DNA of 64,000 nt. Origin: Patescibacteria group bacterium (lineage in GTDB: Bacteria > Patescibacteriota > Patescibacteriia > Patescibacteriales > UBA12465). The DNA lies in NCBI GenBank assembly GCA_038323715.1, contig JBBQHF010000004.1:6159-70158 (forward strand). Direction: 5' to 3'. Each line of letters starts with the position of its first letter. Position 1 is the stretch's first letter. Positions 1 to 9,789 of this stretch are shown here, piece by piece. The translations under genes were made by a program, and so were the position numbers. Under the pieces are notes generated by a model. That model made no database searches. It saw nothing but the letters and a program-made list of their open reading frames with translations, and was not told the DNA's origin.

Positions 1-195
1 TATATATTCTTTGCGGCCAGCTATGGTTTTGGAGCCTTAGTGGCCGTGCTTATGTTCTTGGCGTTAGCTCTAATCTTATTTATCGGCTCCCTCCTAACAA
101 CCTTCCAGGTTTCGGCCTGGACAAGTCTTTTCCTTGAACTACAGGCAGGTAATGGAGAAGCGAAATTAGAAAGAGTTTTCAAAAAAAGAAAATAA
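1..195 (+). CDS. 3' end of a membrane protein gene (5' part lies outside the window)
   Basis: Frame 1 is open from base 1 to TAA at 193-195. The tail YIFFAASYGFGALVAVLMFLALALILFIGSLLTTFQVSAWTSLFLEL... is hydrophobic; no family recognised. Confidence 0.5.
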   Translation, partial: YIFFAASYGFGALVAVLMFLALALILFIGSLLTTFQVSAWTSLFLELQAGNGEAKLERVFKKRK

Positions 196-198
196 GCT

Positions 199-3100
199 AT
201 GAGTAAAATGGATTCTATTGAAAATTTGATAAACCCGACAGGCGACGAAGAAAGCGTCGCCGGTCTTTTTGCTAAGAAACAGGAGGAAATTCAATTAAAA
301 GAACTGGAAAGACAAACTCAAAGAAATGCCCAAGATTTAGAAATAGACTATGTAAACTTAACCGGTTTTCCTATTAGTCCCGAGGCAATTGCCTTAATCC
401 AAGAAGAAAGAGCTAAAGAGCTAGGCGCTTTATGCTTCTTTTATGATGGCACTAATATTAGAGTTGCCTGCCTAAACCCAACCACTGAGGTTGTGGCTGA
501 AATGAATAGATTGGGCGATCAATATTTTGCGGATACCAAATTATATTTAATTTCAGAAAATAGTTTCAGACACGCGCTTGATATATACCACGCCGTGCCA
601 AAAATAAAAAAATACGACAGCGGTATTGAAATTAGCCCCGATCAATTAGAAAAATTCAAAGCAGATATTGCAAATTATAAAAGTCTTAACGATAAGGTTA
701 ACGATGTGAACGTCAGTGATGTTGTAACTTTAATATTGGCGACCGCCCTGAAAGCTGGAGCAAGTGATATCCACATAGAGGCTGAAGAAAAGGGCGTTGT
801 CGTTAGGTTGAGACTAGATGGCGTTTTGCAAGAAGCGGCGGTAATTAGTAGAGAGAAGTGGCATAAAATAATCTCCCGCTTAAAAATACTAGCGCGAGTA
901 AAAATTAATATAGAAAATAAGCCCCAAGACGGACGCTATACAATATATCTTAAAGAAAGGCGAGTTGATGTACGTTGCTCTTTTTTGCCAACGGCGTTTG
1001 GAGAAAGCGTGGTCATGCGTTTGCTGGATTCCAAAATTACTTCTTTAGATATTGAAACTCTAGGACTACGACCAGAAATACTTCCAATCTTAAAAAGAGA
1101 AATTACTAAACCAAACGGTTTAATTTTAACTACCGGGCCTACTGGAAGCGGAAAAACAACAACTCTCTATGCCGTCATCAATAAACTAAACAAGCCAGGA
1201 ACAAAAATTATAACCTTAGAGGATCCAATTGAATATCAACTATCTGGTATTAACCAAAGCCAAGTTGATAGCAAACATGGTTTTAGTTTTTCTGAAGGGT
1301 TAAGATCGGTTTTAAGACAAGATCCTAATGTGGTAATGGTTGGAGAAATTAGAGATTTAGAAACCGCCGAAATTGCTGTTCAAGCATCGTTAACAGGACA
1401 TTTAGTATTATCCACTCTCCATACCAATGATGCCTCTGGGGTAATCCCAAGATTAATTGATATTGGCGTTAAACCATATTTTTTAGTTCCCTCAATTAAT
1501 GCCGTTATCGGCCAACGTTTAGTGAGAAGGTTGTGCACGCATTGCCGCACAGAAGTAGAAATAGACGCCGCGGGCAAAGAAACAATTAACAAAATATTAG
1601 CCGTTATTTCTCCAAAGGCGGGAATTGATATCCCTTCTATACTGCCCAAGGTCTTCCAGGCAGGAGCAGGCTGCGAATACTGTAATTTTACTGGATACAA
1701 AGGACGTTCAGGAATATTTGAAGTTTTTGTGATGAGCGATAACTTACGTCAATTAACAATTGACCAGGCGCCATCTTTTAAAATTTTACAACAAGCAATT
1801 GAAAACGGCATGATTACCATGCTTCAAGACGGAGTTTTAAAGGCGCTGGCCGGAGAAACCAGCCTTGAAGAGGTCTATAGAGTAATTGGAAATTTTGACT
1901 ACGTTAATGAACTTTATGATGTAGTTATTTCTCAAACTATCGGACGCGGGGTTAAGATTGACCAAGAACAGGTAGACCGGGCAATTGAATTTAGTAAAAA
2001 TATTTTTGACATTAGCGAGCAAGCACAAGAAATACCAACCTCTAACTTGATTCAATTAACCATGGCCCTAGCGGCCATCAGAGAAGCGGGCGATGTTCAC
2101 ATCGAGCCAACGGCTAATGACGTAAAAATAAGATTTCGTATTGACGGAATTTTACATGATATTTTTTCTCTACCAAAAACAAGTTATCTACCCTTACTCT
2201 CAGAAATAAAAATTCTCGCCGGAACCCCAACTAACATAAAGCGGGCCACTTTTGATGGACGTTTTAGTGTTTATCTTCCTAATCATAAAATAGATTGCCG
2301 TTTATCTATTATCTCTGGTGGTTACGGGGAAACTATTGTTATTAGAATGCTCACTACCGAAGCTGCCGATTTGGATATGATAAAATTAGGGATTACCCCC
2401 ATAACGCTTAAGCCCCTGGAGCTAGCGATGAAGAAAAATAAAGGGATTATTATTACTACCGGCCCAACAGGCAGTGGTAAGACAACTACCCTTTACAGCA
2501 TTCTTAATAAACTCAATAAACCCGATGTAAAAATTATTACGATTGAAGATCCGATAGAATATCAATTGCCAGGGGTAATGCAGACTCAAATTGATGAGGC
2601 GAGTGGTTATACTTTTGCCTCAGCGATGAAATCCCTGCTCAGACAGAATCCAAACATAATGATGATTGGGGAAATAAGAGATGGCGAAACAGCCAAAATA
2701 TCAATTGAGGCTGCGATGACGGGACATCTTGTATTATCAACCATCCACGCTAACAGCGCTGCCGGAGCGATTTCTCGTTTTGTAGGTCTAGGAGTTGAAA
2801 GACAAGCTTTAGCAAATTCCATAGAATTTACTATTGGCCAAAGATTAGCGAGAAAAATTTGTCCATATTGTAGACAGCCAATAGAAATATCCGAAGAAGA
2901 AATGGAAAAAGTAAAAAAAATAATTGTTAGTATTAATAATCCAGCCGTCGTTATTCCGGAAAAATTGGTTTTCTATAAAGGTGCCGGTTGTGAAAAATGT
3001 GGTCAAATAGGGTATAAAGGCAGAATTGGTTTATATGAAGCAATTACTATGACCCCAAATATACAAACCATAATCCAAAACGACAGAGTAACCGATTATG

Positions 3101-3210
3101 ATATAGAACAAGAAGCCATAAAAAATGGCATGGTTACAATTTTACAAGACGGAATAATAAAAGCGCTAGCCGGGGAAACAACGATAGAAGAAGTTTTCCG
3201 CGTAATTTAA
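199..3210 (+). CDS. Tandem-fused double GspE/PilB-family secretion ATPase (two complete ATPase modules in one 1003-aa chain)
   Basis: Each motif occurs twice: Walker A GPTGSGKTTT (nt ~1135 and ~2461), Asp box ITLEDPIEYQ/ITIEDPIEYQ, Walker B VMVGEIRD/MMIGEIRD, His box GHLVLSTLHTND/GHLVLSTIHANS, and the tetracysteine CxxC...CxxC. A T2SE_N-like region precedes module 1 only. Confidence 0.9.
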   Translation: MSKMDSIENLINPTGDEESVAGLFAKKQEEIQLKELERQTQRNAQDLEIDYVNLTGFPISPEAIALIQEERAKELGALCFFYDGTNIRVACLNPTTEVVAEMNRLGDQYFADTKLYLISENSFRHALDIYHAVPKIKKYDSGIEISPDQLEKFKADIANYKSLNDKVNDVNVSDVVTLILATALKAGASDIHIEAEEKGVVVRLRLDGVLQEAAVISREKWHKIISRLKILARVKINIENKPQDGRYTIYLKERRVDVRCSFLPTAFGESVVMRLLDSKITSLDIETLGLRPEILPILKREITKPNGLILTTGPTGSGKTTTLYAVINKLNKPGTKIITLEDPIEYQLSGINQSQVDSKHGFSFSEGLRSVLRQDPNVVMVGEIRDLETAEIAVQASLTGHLVLSTLHTNDASGVIPRLIDIGVKPYFLVPSINAVIGQRLVRRLCTHCRTEVEIDAAGKETINKILAVISPKAGIDIPSILPKVFQAGAGCEYCNFTGYKGRSGIFEVFVMSDNLRQLTIDQAPSFKILQQAIENGMITMLQDGVLKALAGETSLEEVYRVIGNFDYVNELYDVVISQTIGRGVKIDQEQVDRAIEFSKNIFDISEQAQEIPTSNLIQLTMALAAIREAGDVHIEPTANDVKIRFRIDGILHDIFSLPKTSYLPLLSEIKILAGTPTNIKRATFDGRFSVYLPNHKIDCRLSIISGGYGETIVIRMLTTEAADLDMIKLGITPITLKPLELAMKKNKGIIITTGPTGSGKTTTLYSILNKLNKPDVKIITIEDPIEYQLPGVMQTQIDEASGYTFASAMKSLLRQNPNIMMIGEIRDGETAKISIEAAMTGHLVLSTIHANSAAGAISRFVGLGVERQALANSIEFTIGQRLARKICPYCRQPIEISEEEMEKVKKIIVSINNPAVVIPEKLVFYKGAGCEKCGQIGYKGRIGLYEAITMTPNIQTIIQNDRVTDYDIEQEAIKNGMVTILQDGIIKALAGETTIEEVFRVI

Positions 3211-3216
3211 ATATAT

Positions 3217-3792
3217 ATGATTGATAAAAAATTCTTAGAAGTTTTAAAAAAAGATTACCAAGCGAATGAAAGTGAAAGACGCCAAATAATAAGCGCTTCC
3301 AACAATATTTTATTTGAAGCAAAAAAAATAATTTTTTCCTTACAACGCCAAGATTTTAAAACTGCTGAAGGAAAATTAACTGAAATAGAAAAAGCCTTAG
3401 CTAATTTGGAGAGTCGTTTTGGCGCCGACAGATTAAAAAAAGAAGGGGCTTACAAGGCGGCGGCTGAAGAATATTTAGAAGGTAAAACTTTTTATTTAAT
3501 CATCAAAAAGAAAGAAATAAAAGCAGTCAGCGGTCTAACCCTTGATTACGAATCTTATCTAGGTGGTATTTGCGATTTAATTGGAGAAATGGTTCGCTAC
3601 GCCACTAATCAGGCAGCTAAAGGCAAGTATTCCGAGGTCGCAAAAATAAAAAAAACCGCCGAGGAAATAATGGCTCAACTGATAGATTTTGATATGACGG
3701 GATATCTCAGAACTAAATATGACCAATCACGTGGTCATTTGCGCAAGTTGGAACAAATGTCTTATGAGATAAAGTTGAGAATAGGAAAATAG
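3217..3792 (+). CDS. Translin-family (COG2178-like) predicted nucleic-acid-binding protein
   Basis: All-helical 191-aa protein. AAEEYLEGKTFY and YLGGICDLIGEMVRYA resemble the translin-family C-terminal signature. Called from memory of the family, not a search. Confidence 0.45.
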   Translation: MIDKKFLEVLKKDYQANESERRQIISASNNILFEAKKIIFSLQRQDFKTAEGKLTEIEKALANLESRFGADRLKKEGAYKAAAEEYLEGKTFYLIIKKKEIKAVSGLTLDYESYLGGICDLIGEMVRYATNQAAKGKYSEVAKIKKTAEEIMAQLIDFDMTGYLRTKYDQSRGHLRKLEQMSYEIKLRIGK

Positions 3793-3796
3793 TAAT

Positions 3797-4297
3797 ATGT
3801 TAATTGCTATTATCTCTGATATCCACGACAATCTTCCCAATCTGGAAAAATGTTTGGCATGGTGTAAAAAAAATAAAATAGAAAAAATAATTTGTTGTGG
3901 CGATGTCTGCAACTATGACACTTTAGAATTTCTCTCTACTAATTTTAGTGGTGAGATTTTTTTAGTTGAGGGTAATGGCGAAACTTACGAAGCAAAAGAT
4001 ATTAATAATTTGAAGAATATTAGTTATCGCAATTTAATCGGTATTGAAAAACTGGGAAGTTTGACATTGGGTTTTTGTCATCAAGAACGCGAAATACCAA
4101 CCTTATTAAAAAAAGCCGAACAGTGCCTAGACTTTATCTTTTTCGGTCACAGCCATAAGCCATGGCTAGAAAAACAGAACAATATTTTTATTGCTAACCC
4201 AGGAAATTTAGCTGGTACCTTTTTTCAGCCGACATTTGCCAGCTTAAATACAGAAACCAAAGAATTAGAACTAAAGATTCTACACGACTTAAAATAA
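3797..4297 (+). CDS. YfcE/MJ0936-type metallophosphoesterase
   Basis: Motifs ISDIHDN, CCGDVC, GNGE and GHSHKP occur in the canonical order. Confidence 0.8.
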   Translation: MLIAIISDIHDNLPNLEKCLAWCKKNKIEKIICCGDVCNYDTLEFLSTNFSGEIFLVEGNGETYEAKDINNLKNISYRNLIGIEKLGSLTLGFCHQEREIPTLLKKAEQCLDFIFFGHSHKPWLEKQNNIFIANPGNLAGTFFQPTFASLNTETKELELKILHDLK

Positions 4298-4328
4298 ATA
4301 TAAATCAAAAAAACTCTCTATAAGATAG

Positions 4329-6815
4329 TTAGATTTTTCTCAAATATTCACCTGTATAACTTGTGGCTGATTGAGCAATCTGGTCAGGTGTCCCTTCGGC
4401 AACTAAATAACCACCCTTTTCACCTCCTGAAGGACCAAGGTCGATTACCCAATCGACTGATTTTATTACATCAATATTGTGTTCAATAACTAAAACCGTA
4501 TTTCCTTGTTCAACCAACATATTAAGGACTTTTAATAATCTATCGATATCATCAAAATGTAGACCGGTTGTCGGCTCATCTAAAATATATAAAGTTTTTC
4601 CAGTTGAGCGACGAGACAGTTCAGTTGCTAATTTTATACGCTGCGCCTCTCCTCCAGAAAAAGTGGTAGCGCTTTGGCCTAATTTAATATATCCCAAGCC
4701 GACCTCATCTAAAGTATTTAGCTTCTGAGTGACAGCCGGAACCCCCTTAAAAAATTCACGCGCCTCACTAACCGTCATCTCTAAAACTTCATAAATATTT
4801 TTTCCTTGATATAATACTTCCAAAACTTTTGGTTTGAATTTTTTTCCGCCACAAACGTCGCAAGTTAAATAAACATCAGATAAAAATTGCATCTCAACTT
4901 TTATTACTCCATCGCCGGAACAATTTTCACATCTTCCTCCGGGAACGTTAAAAGAAAAATGTCCGGCTCCCAAACCTTTAACCCTAGCCTCCGGTAGTTC
5001 AGCAAATAAATCTCTAATATTTGTGAATAATCCGGTGTAGGTGGCTGGGTTAGAACGAGGAGTACGACCAATAGGCGATTGGTCGATATCAATCACTTTA
5101 TCAATAAATTCTAAGCCTCTTATTTCTTGATGGGCACCTGGCTCCGTTTTGGCGCGATAGAATTTTTTTGTTAAAGCGTTGGCTAAAATATCATTCATTA
5201 AAGTTGACTTACCTGAACCAGAAACACCGGTAATGGCAATCAACTTACCTAGCGGGAATTTAACATCAATATTCTTCAAATTATGTTCTTTAGCCCCAAT
5301 TATTTCCAAAAGCTTGCCGGAACCTTTCCTAAATTCTTTAGGAACACTAATTTTTTTCTTACCAGACAAATATGCTCCCGTTAAAGATTCGGGGCATTTT
5401 TTAATATCTTCAGGGGCACCAACAAATAAAATATTACCGCCATGGTCGCCAGCGCCAGGGCCAACATCGATCAAACAATCGGCCGCCATCATAGTGGCCG
5501 CGTCATGCTCTACCACAATAACCGTATTGCCATTATCCCTAAGACTTTTTAAAGTATTTATTAACTTATCATTATCCTTTTGGTGTAAACCAATAGAAGG
5601 TTCATCTAAAACATACAAAACACCCGATAAAGCAGAGCCAACCTGGGAAGCGAGTCTAATTCTTTGAGCTTCACCGCCTGATAAAGTAGCCGCTGAACGA
5701 GACAGAGTTAAATAACCCAACCCAACGTCAGCTAAAAAACAAAGATTTTTACTTATTTCTTTCAAAATAGGCGTCATAATTTGTATTTGGCCACTGGTTA
5801 TTTTTGAATTACTAGACCAACCTAAAAAAACTTCTTTTAGCTTATCAATACTTAACTGAGAAACTTCAAAAATAGACAGTTCTCCAATCTTAACGCTCAA
5901 GGCCTCTGCCTTTAATCTAGCGCCGTGGCACAAAGGACAAAGAGAACGCCTCATTATTTTTTCTATCTCCTGTTTAACAAAATTAGATTTTGTCTCTTGA
6001 TATTTATTTTCTAAATAATTAACTACTCCAGTAAAGCCAGGGTCGCCCTGTAAAATAATTTTTCTAATTTCTGGCGTTAAATCTTTAAGCGCAGTTCTTA
6101 AACTAAAATTATGACGGGTTGCTAAAGATTCTAAATTAGTAATTAAACCATTGCCAATTAAGTTAGCGTGAGATAAGGGCTTAATTGCTCCCTCTAAAAT
6201 ACTGAGATTTAAATTAAAAACTAAATCGGCATCTATTTCCATTTTAGTCCCCAATCCTGAACAATCTGGACAAGCACCATGGCCAGAATTAAAAGAAAAA
6301 TCTCGTGGCTCCAAATCAGCACGACGATAACCACAATCAGGACAAACAAAAAATCTTTCTACGTGCGATGATTTTATTTGTCTTCCTTTAATTAATTTAG
6401 AAGTTTTTTTCTCTTCAGCAGATTTTGTTAGCTTGGCTGAGCAGTTGGGGCAATGTGGCTGACCACACTTTGAATATAATAAACGCAAATAATCATAAAT
6501 TTCCGTAATCGTACCGACAGTAGAGCGGGGATTAGACCCGACAGTCCTTTGATCAATAGAAATAGCGGGCGATAACCCCTCTATCATATCAACATCAGGT
6601 TTATCCATCAGCCCCACAAATTGGCGAGCGTAAGAAGATAATGATTCTACATAGCGTCTTTGTCCTTCGGCATAAATAGTGTCAAAGGCTAACGAAGATT
6701 TACCGGAACCAGATAGCCCAGTAATAACAACCATTTTATCCCTAGGAATATCTAAGTCGATGTTTTTAAGGTTATTAGTTCTAGCGCCACGAATCTTTAT
6801 AAAATTAACTGCCAT
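4329..6815 (-). CDS. uvrA: UvrA-family excinuclease ATPase, short form lacking the UvrB-binding domain
   Basis: N-terminus [59 protein letters not shown]. Two ABC modules ([16 protein letters not shown]; LSGGEAQR twice). Only 32 aa lie between the CPNC and CPDC zinc ligands. 828 aa. Confidence 0.9.
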   Translation of the reverse strand: MAVNFIKIRGARTNNLKNIDLDIPRDKMVVITGLSGSGKSSLAFDTIYAEGQRRYVESLSSYARQFVGLMDKPDVDMIEGLSPAISIDQRTVGSNPRSTVGTITEIYDYLRLLYSKCGQPHCPNCSAKLTKSAEEKKTSKLIKGRQIKSSHVERFFVCPDCGYRRADLEPRDFSFNSGHGACPDCSGLGTKMEIDADLVFNLNLSILEGAIKPLSHANLIGNGLITNLESLATRHNFSLRTALKDLTPEIRKIILQGDPGFTGVVNYLENKYQETKSNFVKQEIEKIMRRSLCPLCHGARLKAEALSVKIGELSIFEVSQLSIDKLKEVFLGWSSNSKITSGQIQIMTPILKEISKNLCFLADVGLGYLTLSRSAATLSGGEAQRIRLASQVGSALSGVLYVLDEPSIGLHQKDNDKLINTLKSLRDNGNTVIVVEHDAATMMAADCLIDVGPGAGDHGGNILFVGAPEDIKKCPESLTGAYLSGKKKISVPKEFRKGSGKLLEIIGAKEHNLKNIDVKFPLGKLIAITGVSGSGKSTLMNDILANALTKKFYRAKTEPGAHQEIRGLEFIDKVIDIDQSPIGRTPRSNPATYTGLFTNIRDLFAELPEARVKGLGAGHFSFNVPGGRCENCSGDGVIKVEMQFLSDVYLTCDVCGGKKFKPKVLEVLYQGKNIYEVLEMTVSEAREFFKGVPAVTQKLNTLDEVGLGYIKLGQSATTFSGGEAQRIKLATELSRRSTGKTLYILDEPTTGLHFDDIDRLLKVLNMLVEQGNTVLVIEHNIDVIKSVDWVIDLGPSGGEKGGYLVAEGTPDQIAQSATSYTGEYLRKI

Positions 6816-6934
6816 AACAAATAAATTAAAATTAATGTTGCAGATATTATAGACAAAAATTACTAAAAAAACAAGGCCTAAACTATTTAGGCCTTTATTA
6901 ACTTGCTATGGTTAAACTTATAAAATTATTAAAA

Positions 6935-7975
6935 TTAAAAAATGGGATAGAAAAATTTGAAGAATCTAATTAATAATTTATCGCCGAGACTTATTTTTTG
7001 TCTATAATCTGGATCAAATTGGTCAGCTTCTCCCTTCCAGGTCTCAATTATTTTTTTTAAATCAGCCACTAAATTTTTTTGACGCGAAAATATACCTACT
7101 TCAAAATTCCATCCGAAAGATAAAATATCCATATTCTGTGAGCCGACCAAACCCTCAATATCATCTATTAACATCAGCTTGGCATGATTCATAGTTTTAG
7201 TCATAAAAAATTTAACCCCCAGTGATGACAAGCGACAACAATTTAAATAATTTATTTTATTCAAAGCTTTAATATCGGTATCTTCAGGGATAATTATTTC
7301 CACTCTTACCCCGCGACGACAAGCATCATCTAAAACAGCAATCAACCAACGAGGAGGCAATAAATAAGGAGTAACAATTTGCACTAAAGTTTCGGCTTCA
7401 GTAATTTTAAGACGATAATAATCATTCAAATAATAAAGTTTGTTTGTTCCCGTCCAATTATCCATCACCCAATATTTCAACTTTCTCGATAAGGGTATAA
7501 AACTAAAACGCAACACCGAGTCACGACGCCCACCGCATTTACGATAAGAATTTGCGAATGATTTGACCATAAATCTAACGGCGCCTCCCTCAATTTTTAT
7601 TTGTAAATCTTTCCAGTTTCTAATTTTTTCCTCTATATTAACCCCACCCAAAAAAGCGATTCGGTTATCAATAATTAGAATCTTGCGATGTGTTCTTTTC
7701 AGCCAATGACTAAAAAAAATGAATTCTGCACCAGCGTCTCTTAAACCTTTGATAATTTCAGGCTTTAAAGAAGAACTTCCATGGGCATCCGCGATAATAA
7801 TAACTTCCACCCCACTGCTAGCTTTTTCCTTTAACAATTTAAAGAAATTATGGGTCGCACTAGTATCTCCAGATAAAATATACATCTCTAGATATATCGC
7901 TTTCTCCGCCTTAAGCATTGCCTTAAACATCCCATCCCAAGCTTTGTTTGAAGTTGTATATAACTTATATTTCAT
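6935..7975 (-). CDS. Phospholipase D / cardiolipin synthase-like protein (two HKD motifs)
   Basis: HxKxxxxD occurs twice: HRKILIIDN and HAKLMLIDD. Confidence 0.8.
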   Translation of the reverse strand: MKYKLYTTSNKAWDGMFKAMLKAEKAIYLEMYILSGDTSATHNFFKLLKEKASSGVEVIIIADAHGSSSLKPEIIKGLRDAGAEFIFFSHWLKRTHRKILIIDNRIAFLGGVNIEEKIRNWKDLQIKIEGGAVRFMVKSFANSYRKCGGRRDSVLRFSFIPLSRKLKYWVMDNWTGTNKLYYLNDYYRLKITEAETLVQIVTPYLLPPRWLIAVLDDACRRGVRVEIIIPEDTDIKALNKINYLNCCRLSSLGVKFFMTKTMNHAKLMLIDDIEGLVGSQNMDILSFGWNFEVGIFSRQKNLVADLKKIIETWKGEADQFDPDYRQKISLGDKLLIRFFKFFYPIF

Positions 7976-8781
7976 TTTAATAATTTTTTAATACTCGGCA
8001 GCGCTTTTTCAGCTTCTTTACGACCAATATAAATCATCTTTTCCATAATATCTCTAGTAAAATACTGTCTTAAGCTGGTATTTTGAATATGATACGAATT
8101 GTCAGGATTAATAACCACGCTAGCATTTTTTACCTCCGATTGAGATAAGTTATACAAAGCAATGCGCGTGCTTCTCAGTGCAACCTTAGTAAACGTAAAT
8201 CGTTTATCCGTAAATTCTTTTTTATGATAAAGATTAACGGCAATAATTTCATCTGCCCCTGCACCTTGCAGAGCATCAACGGGAACCGGACTACTTAAGG
8301 CCCCATCAATAAAATTATGGCCATGATATTTAACCGGCTCAAAAACAACTGGCACGGAGGAGCTGGCGCGTACAGCTAAAGACAGCTTTCCGGTATGGAA
8401 AACAAAAGGTTCCCCACTCGCTAAGTCCGTGGCAATTATTTTCACAGGAATTTTAGTTTCTTCAAAAGTATGACGGCCAAGAAGATTCTCAATTATCTTT
8501 TCATATTTTCTAGTACTAAGTAGCCCTCCTCGAAAACCAAAATCTGACAAACCCAGTAACCGCCCCTTTTTGGTGTCTAAAAATTTTTCTTCAAGTCCCG
8601 ATATTTCTCCATAGAAAGCATAATAAGCAGCGGCCAGCGCCCCAATTGAAGACCCACTAATAAAATCGATCGGAATATTATTTTCTAACAAAACCTGGAT
8701 TACGCCAATATGAGAAAACCCCCGAAAACCACCAGAGCCAAGAGCGAGTCCTATCTTTTTTCTTTTAGCATTACTGCTCAT
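7972..8781 (-). CDS. Patatin-like phospholipase
   Basis: GSGGFRG oxyanion motif, GSSIG (GxSxG) nucleophile elbow, and IDGAL catalytic Asp motif. Its 3' end overlaps the PLD-like gene start by 4 nt. Confidence 0.85.
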   Translation of the reverse strand: MSSNAKRKKIGLALGSGGFRGFSHIGVIQVLLENNIPIDFISGSSIGALAAAYYAFYGEISGLEEKFLDTKKGRLLGLSDFGFRGGLLSTRKYEKIIENLLGRHTFEETKIPVKIIATDLASGEPFVFHTGKLSLAVRASSSVPVVFEPVKYHGHNFIDGALSSPVPVDALQGAGADEIIAVNLYHKKEFTDKRFTFTKVALRSTRIALYNLSQSEVKNASVVINPDNSYHIQNTSLRQYFTRDIMEKMIYIGRKEAEKALPSIKKLLK

Positions 8782-8958
8782 AACAAATTAGATTAATATT
8801 CTATTATTATAACAAAAAAATATTGGAAAGGCGAAGGTTGACCCATCAAAAAAATTATGTTTTAATCACTAGAAGCTGATATAATTTAATTTATATGGTT
8901 TAATCTAATCCGACGAGAATTCGGAACGGTTATTAATAAGTACTTTAAAACTCAACTA

Positions 8959-9714
8959 ATGAAAAGCAAAATGAGAAATTTGGCTTTCCAAAATTTGGAA
9001 GATTTACGTCAAAATGTTTATCCGGGACGTGGAATAATTTGTGGCATGGATGAGACTGGGCAATACATTGTTCAAATTTATTGGATAATGGGCAGAAGCG
9101 AAAATAGTCGTAATCGCGTTTTCGTTTTTGATGAGATAAATGGCACCGTTAAAACCGAGGCGGCTAATCCCGAGTTAGTAAAAGACGCCTCGCTTATTAT
9201 CTACACCGCAATGGCGGAAAAGAATTTGCGCTACGTTGTCAGTAACGGTCATCAAACCTTGTCGGTTGCCAATGGCTCAGTAAATCGAGGAATATTACCG
9301 CTTACCAAAATCTGGAGCTACGAGGATGATGCTCCTAATTTTACGCCGCGCATTACCGCCTCCGTTTTTTTAGGAGAAAATGATGACTCCGGTTACTCTG
9401 CAGAAATAGCGGTTTTCAAAAAAGAAGACAAAAGCAATGTTTGTCTAAAATCTTCTTATGTTGCAAATTTAGAGCCAAAATTTGGGCACTGCATTACAAC
9501 TTACGATGGAGACGGCAACCCATTACCATCATTTTCAAAAGATCCTTACTTGCTACCGCTCCTTGGTGACATTGAACAAATTACCGACACAATTTGGGAC
9601 GCCTTAAACGAAGACAATCGAATCTCATTGGTTGTAAAATTTATTGACATCCATACTGGCAAAAGTCAGTTAAATGTTATCAATAAATATGAACAAGTGC
9701 TGGCTGAAAACTAG
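8959..9714 (+). CDS. purO: IMP cyclohydrolase, archaeal PurO type
   Basis: YPGRGIICG...IMGRSENSRNR...VVSNGHQT parallels the PurO pattern Y-x-GR...SRS-x-x-NR...VSNG-x-HT. Confidence 0.65.
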   Translation: MKSKMRNLAFQNLEDLRQNVYPGRGIICGMDETGQYIVQIYWIMGRSENSRNRVFVFDEINGTVKTEAANPELVKDASLIIYTAMAEKNLRYVVSNGHQTLSVANGSVNRGILPLTKIWSYEDDAPNFTPRITASVFLGENDDSGYSAEIAVFKKEDKSNVCLKSSYVANLEPKFGHCITTYDGDGNPLPSFSKDPYLLPLLGDIEQITDTIWDALNEDNRISLVVKFIDIHTGKSQLNVINKYEQVLAEN

Positions 9715-9737
9715 CTAAGTGATTTTCTACAATAAAA

Positions 9738-9778
9738 GACCCCGCCGAACAATAAGTTCAACGGGGTTTCTTTTTTTC
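9738..9778. terminator. Bidirectional intrinsic terminator between convergent purO and the purH-like gene
   Basis: ACCCCG (9739-9744) pairs with CGGGGT (9762-9767). An A-run lies upstream and a T-run (9767-9777) downstream. Confidence 0.6.
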
Positions 9779-9789
9779 AAAAAACAATT

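Noticed and set aside
4477-5667. ORFs of 62-162 aa antisense or out of frame inside uvrA (4477-4728, 4904-5092, 5179-5667). Similar ORFs lie inside the PilB fusion (1380-1700, 1837-2055, 2607-2822), ppsA (52648-52878), smc (34344-34550, 35583-35882) and trxB (60918-61172, 61269-61487).
   Set aside because: They lie entirely within well-supported conserved genes and have no recognisable motifs. They are shadow ORFs.
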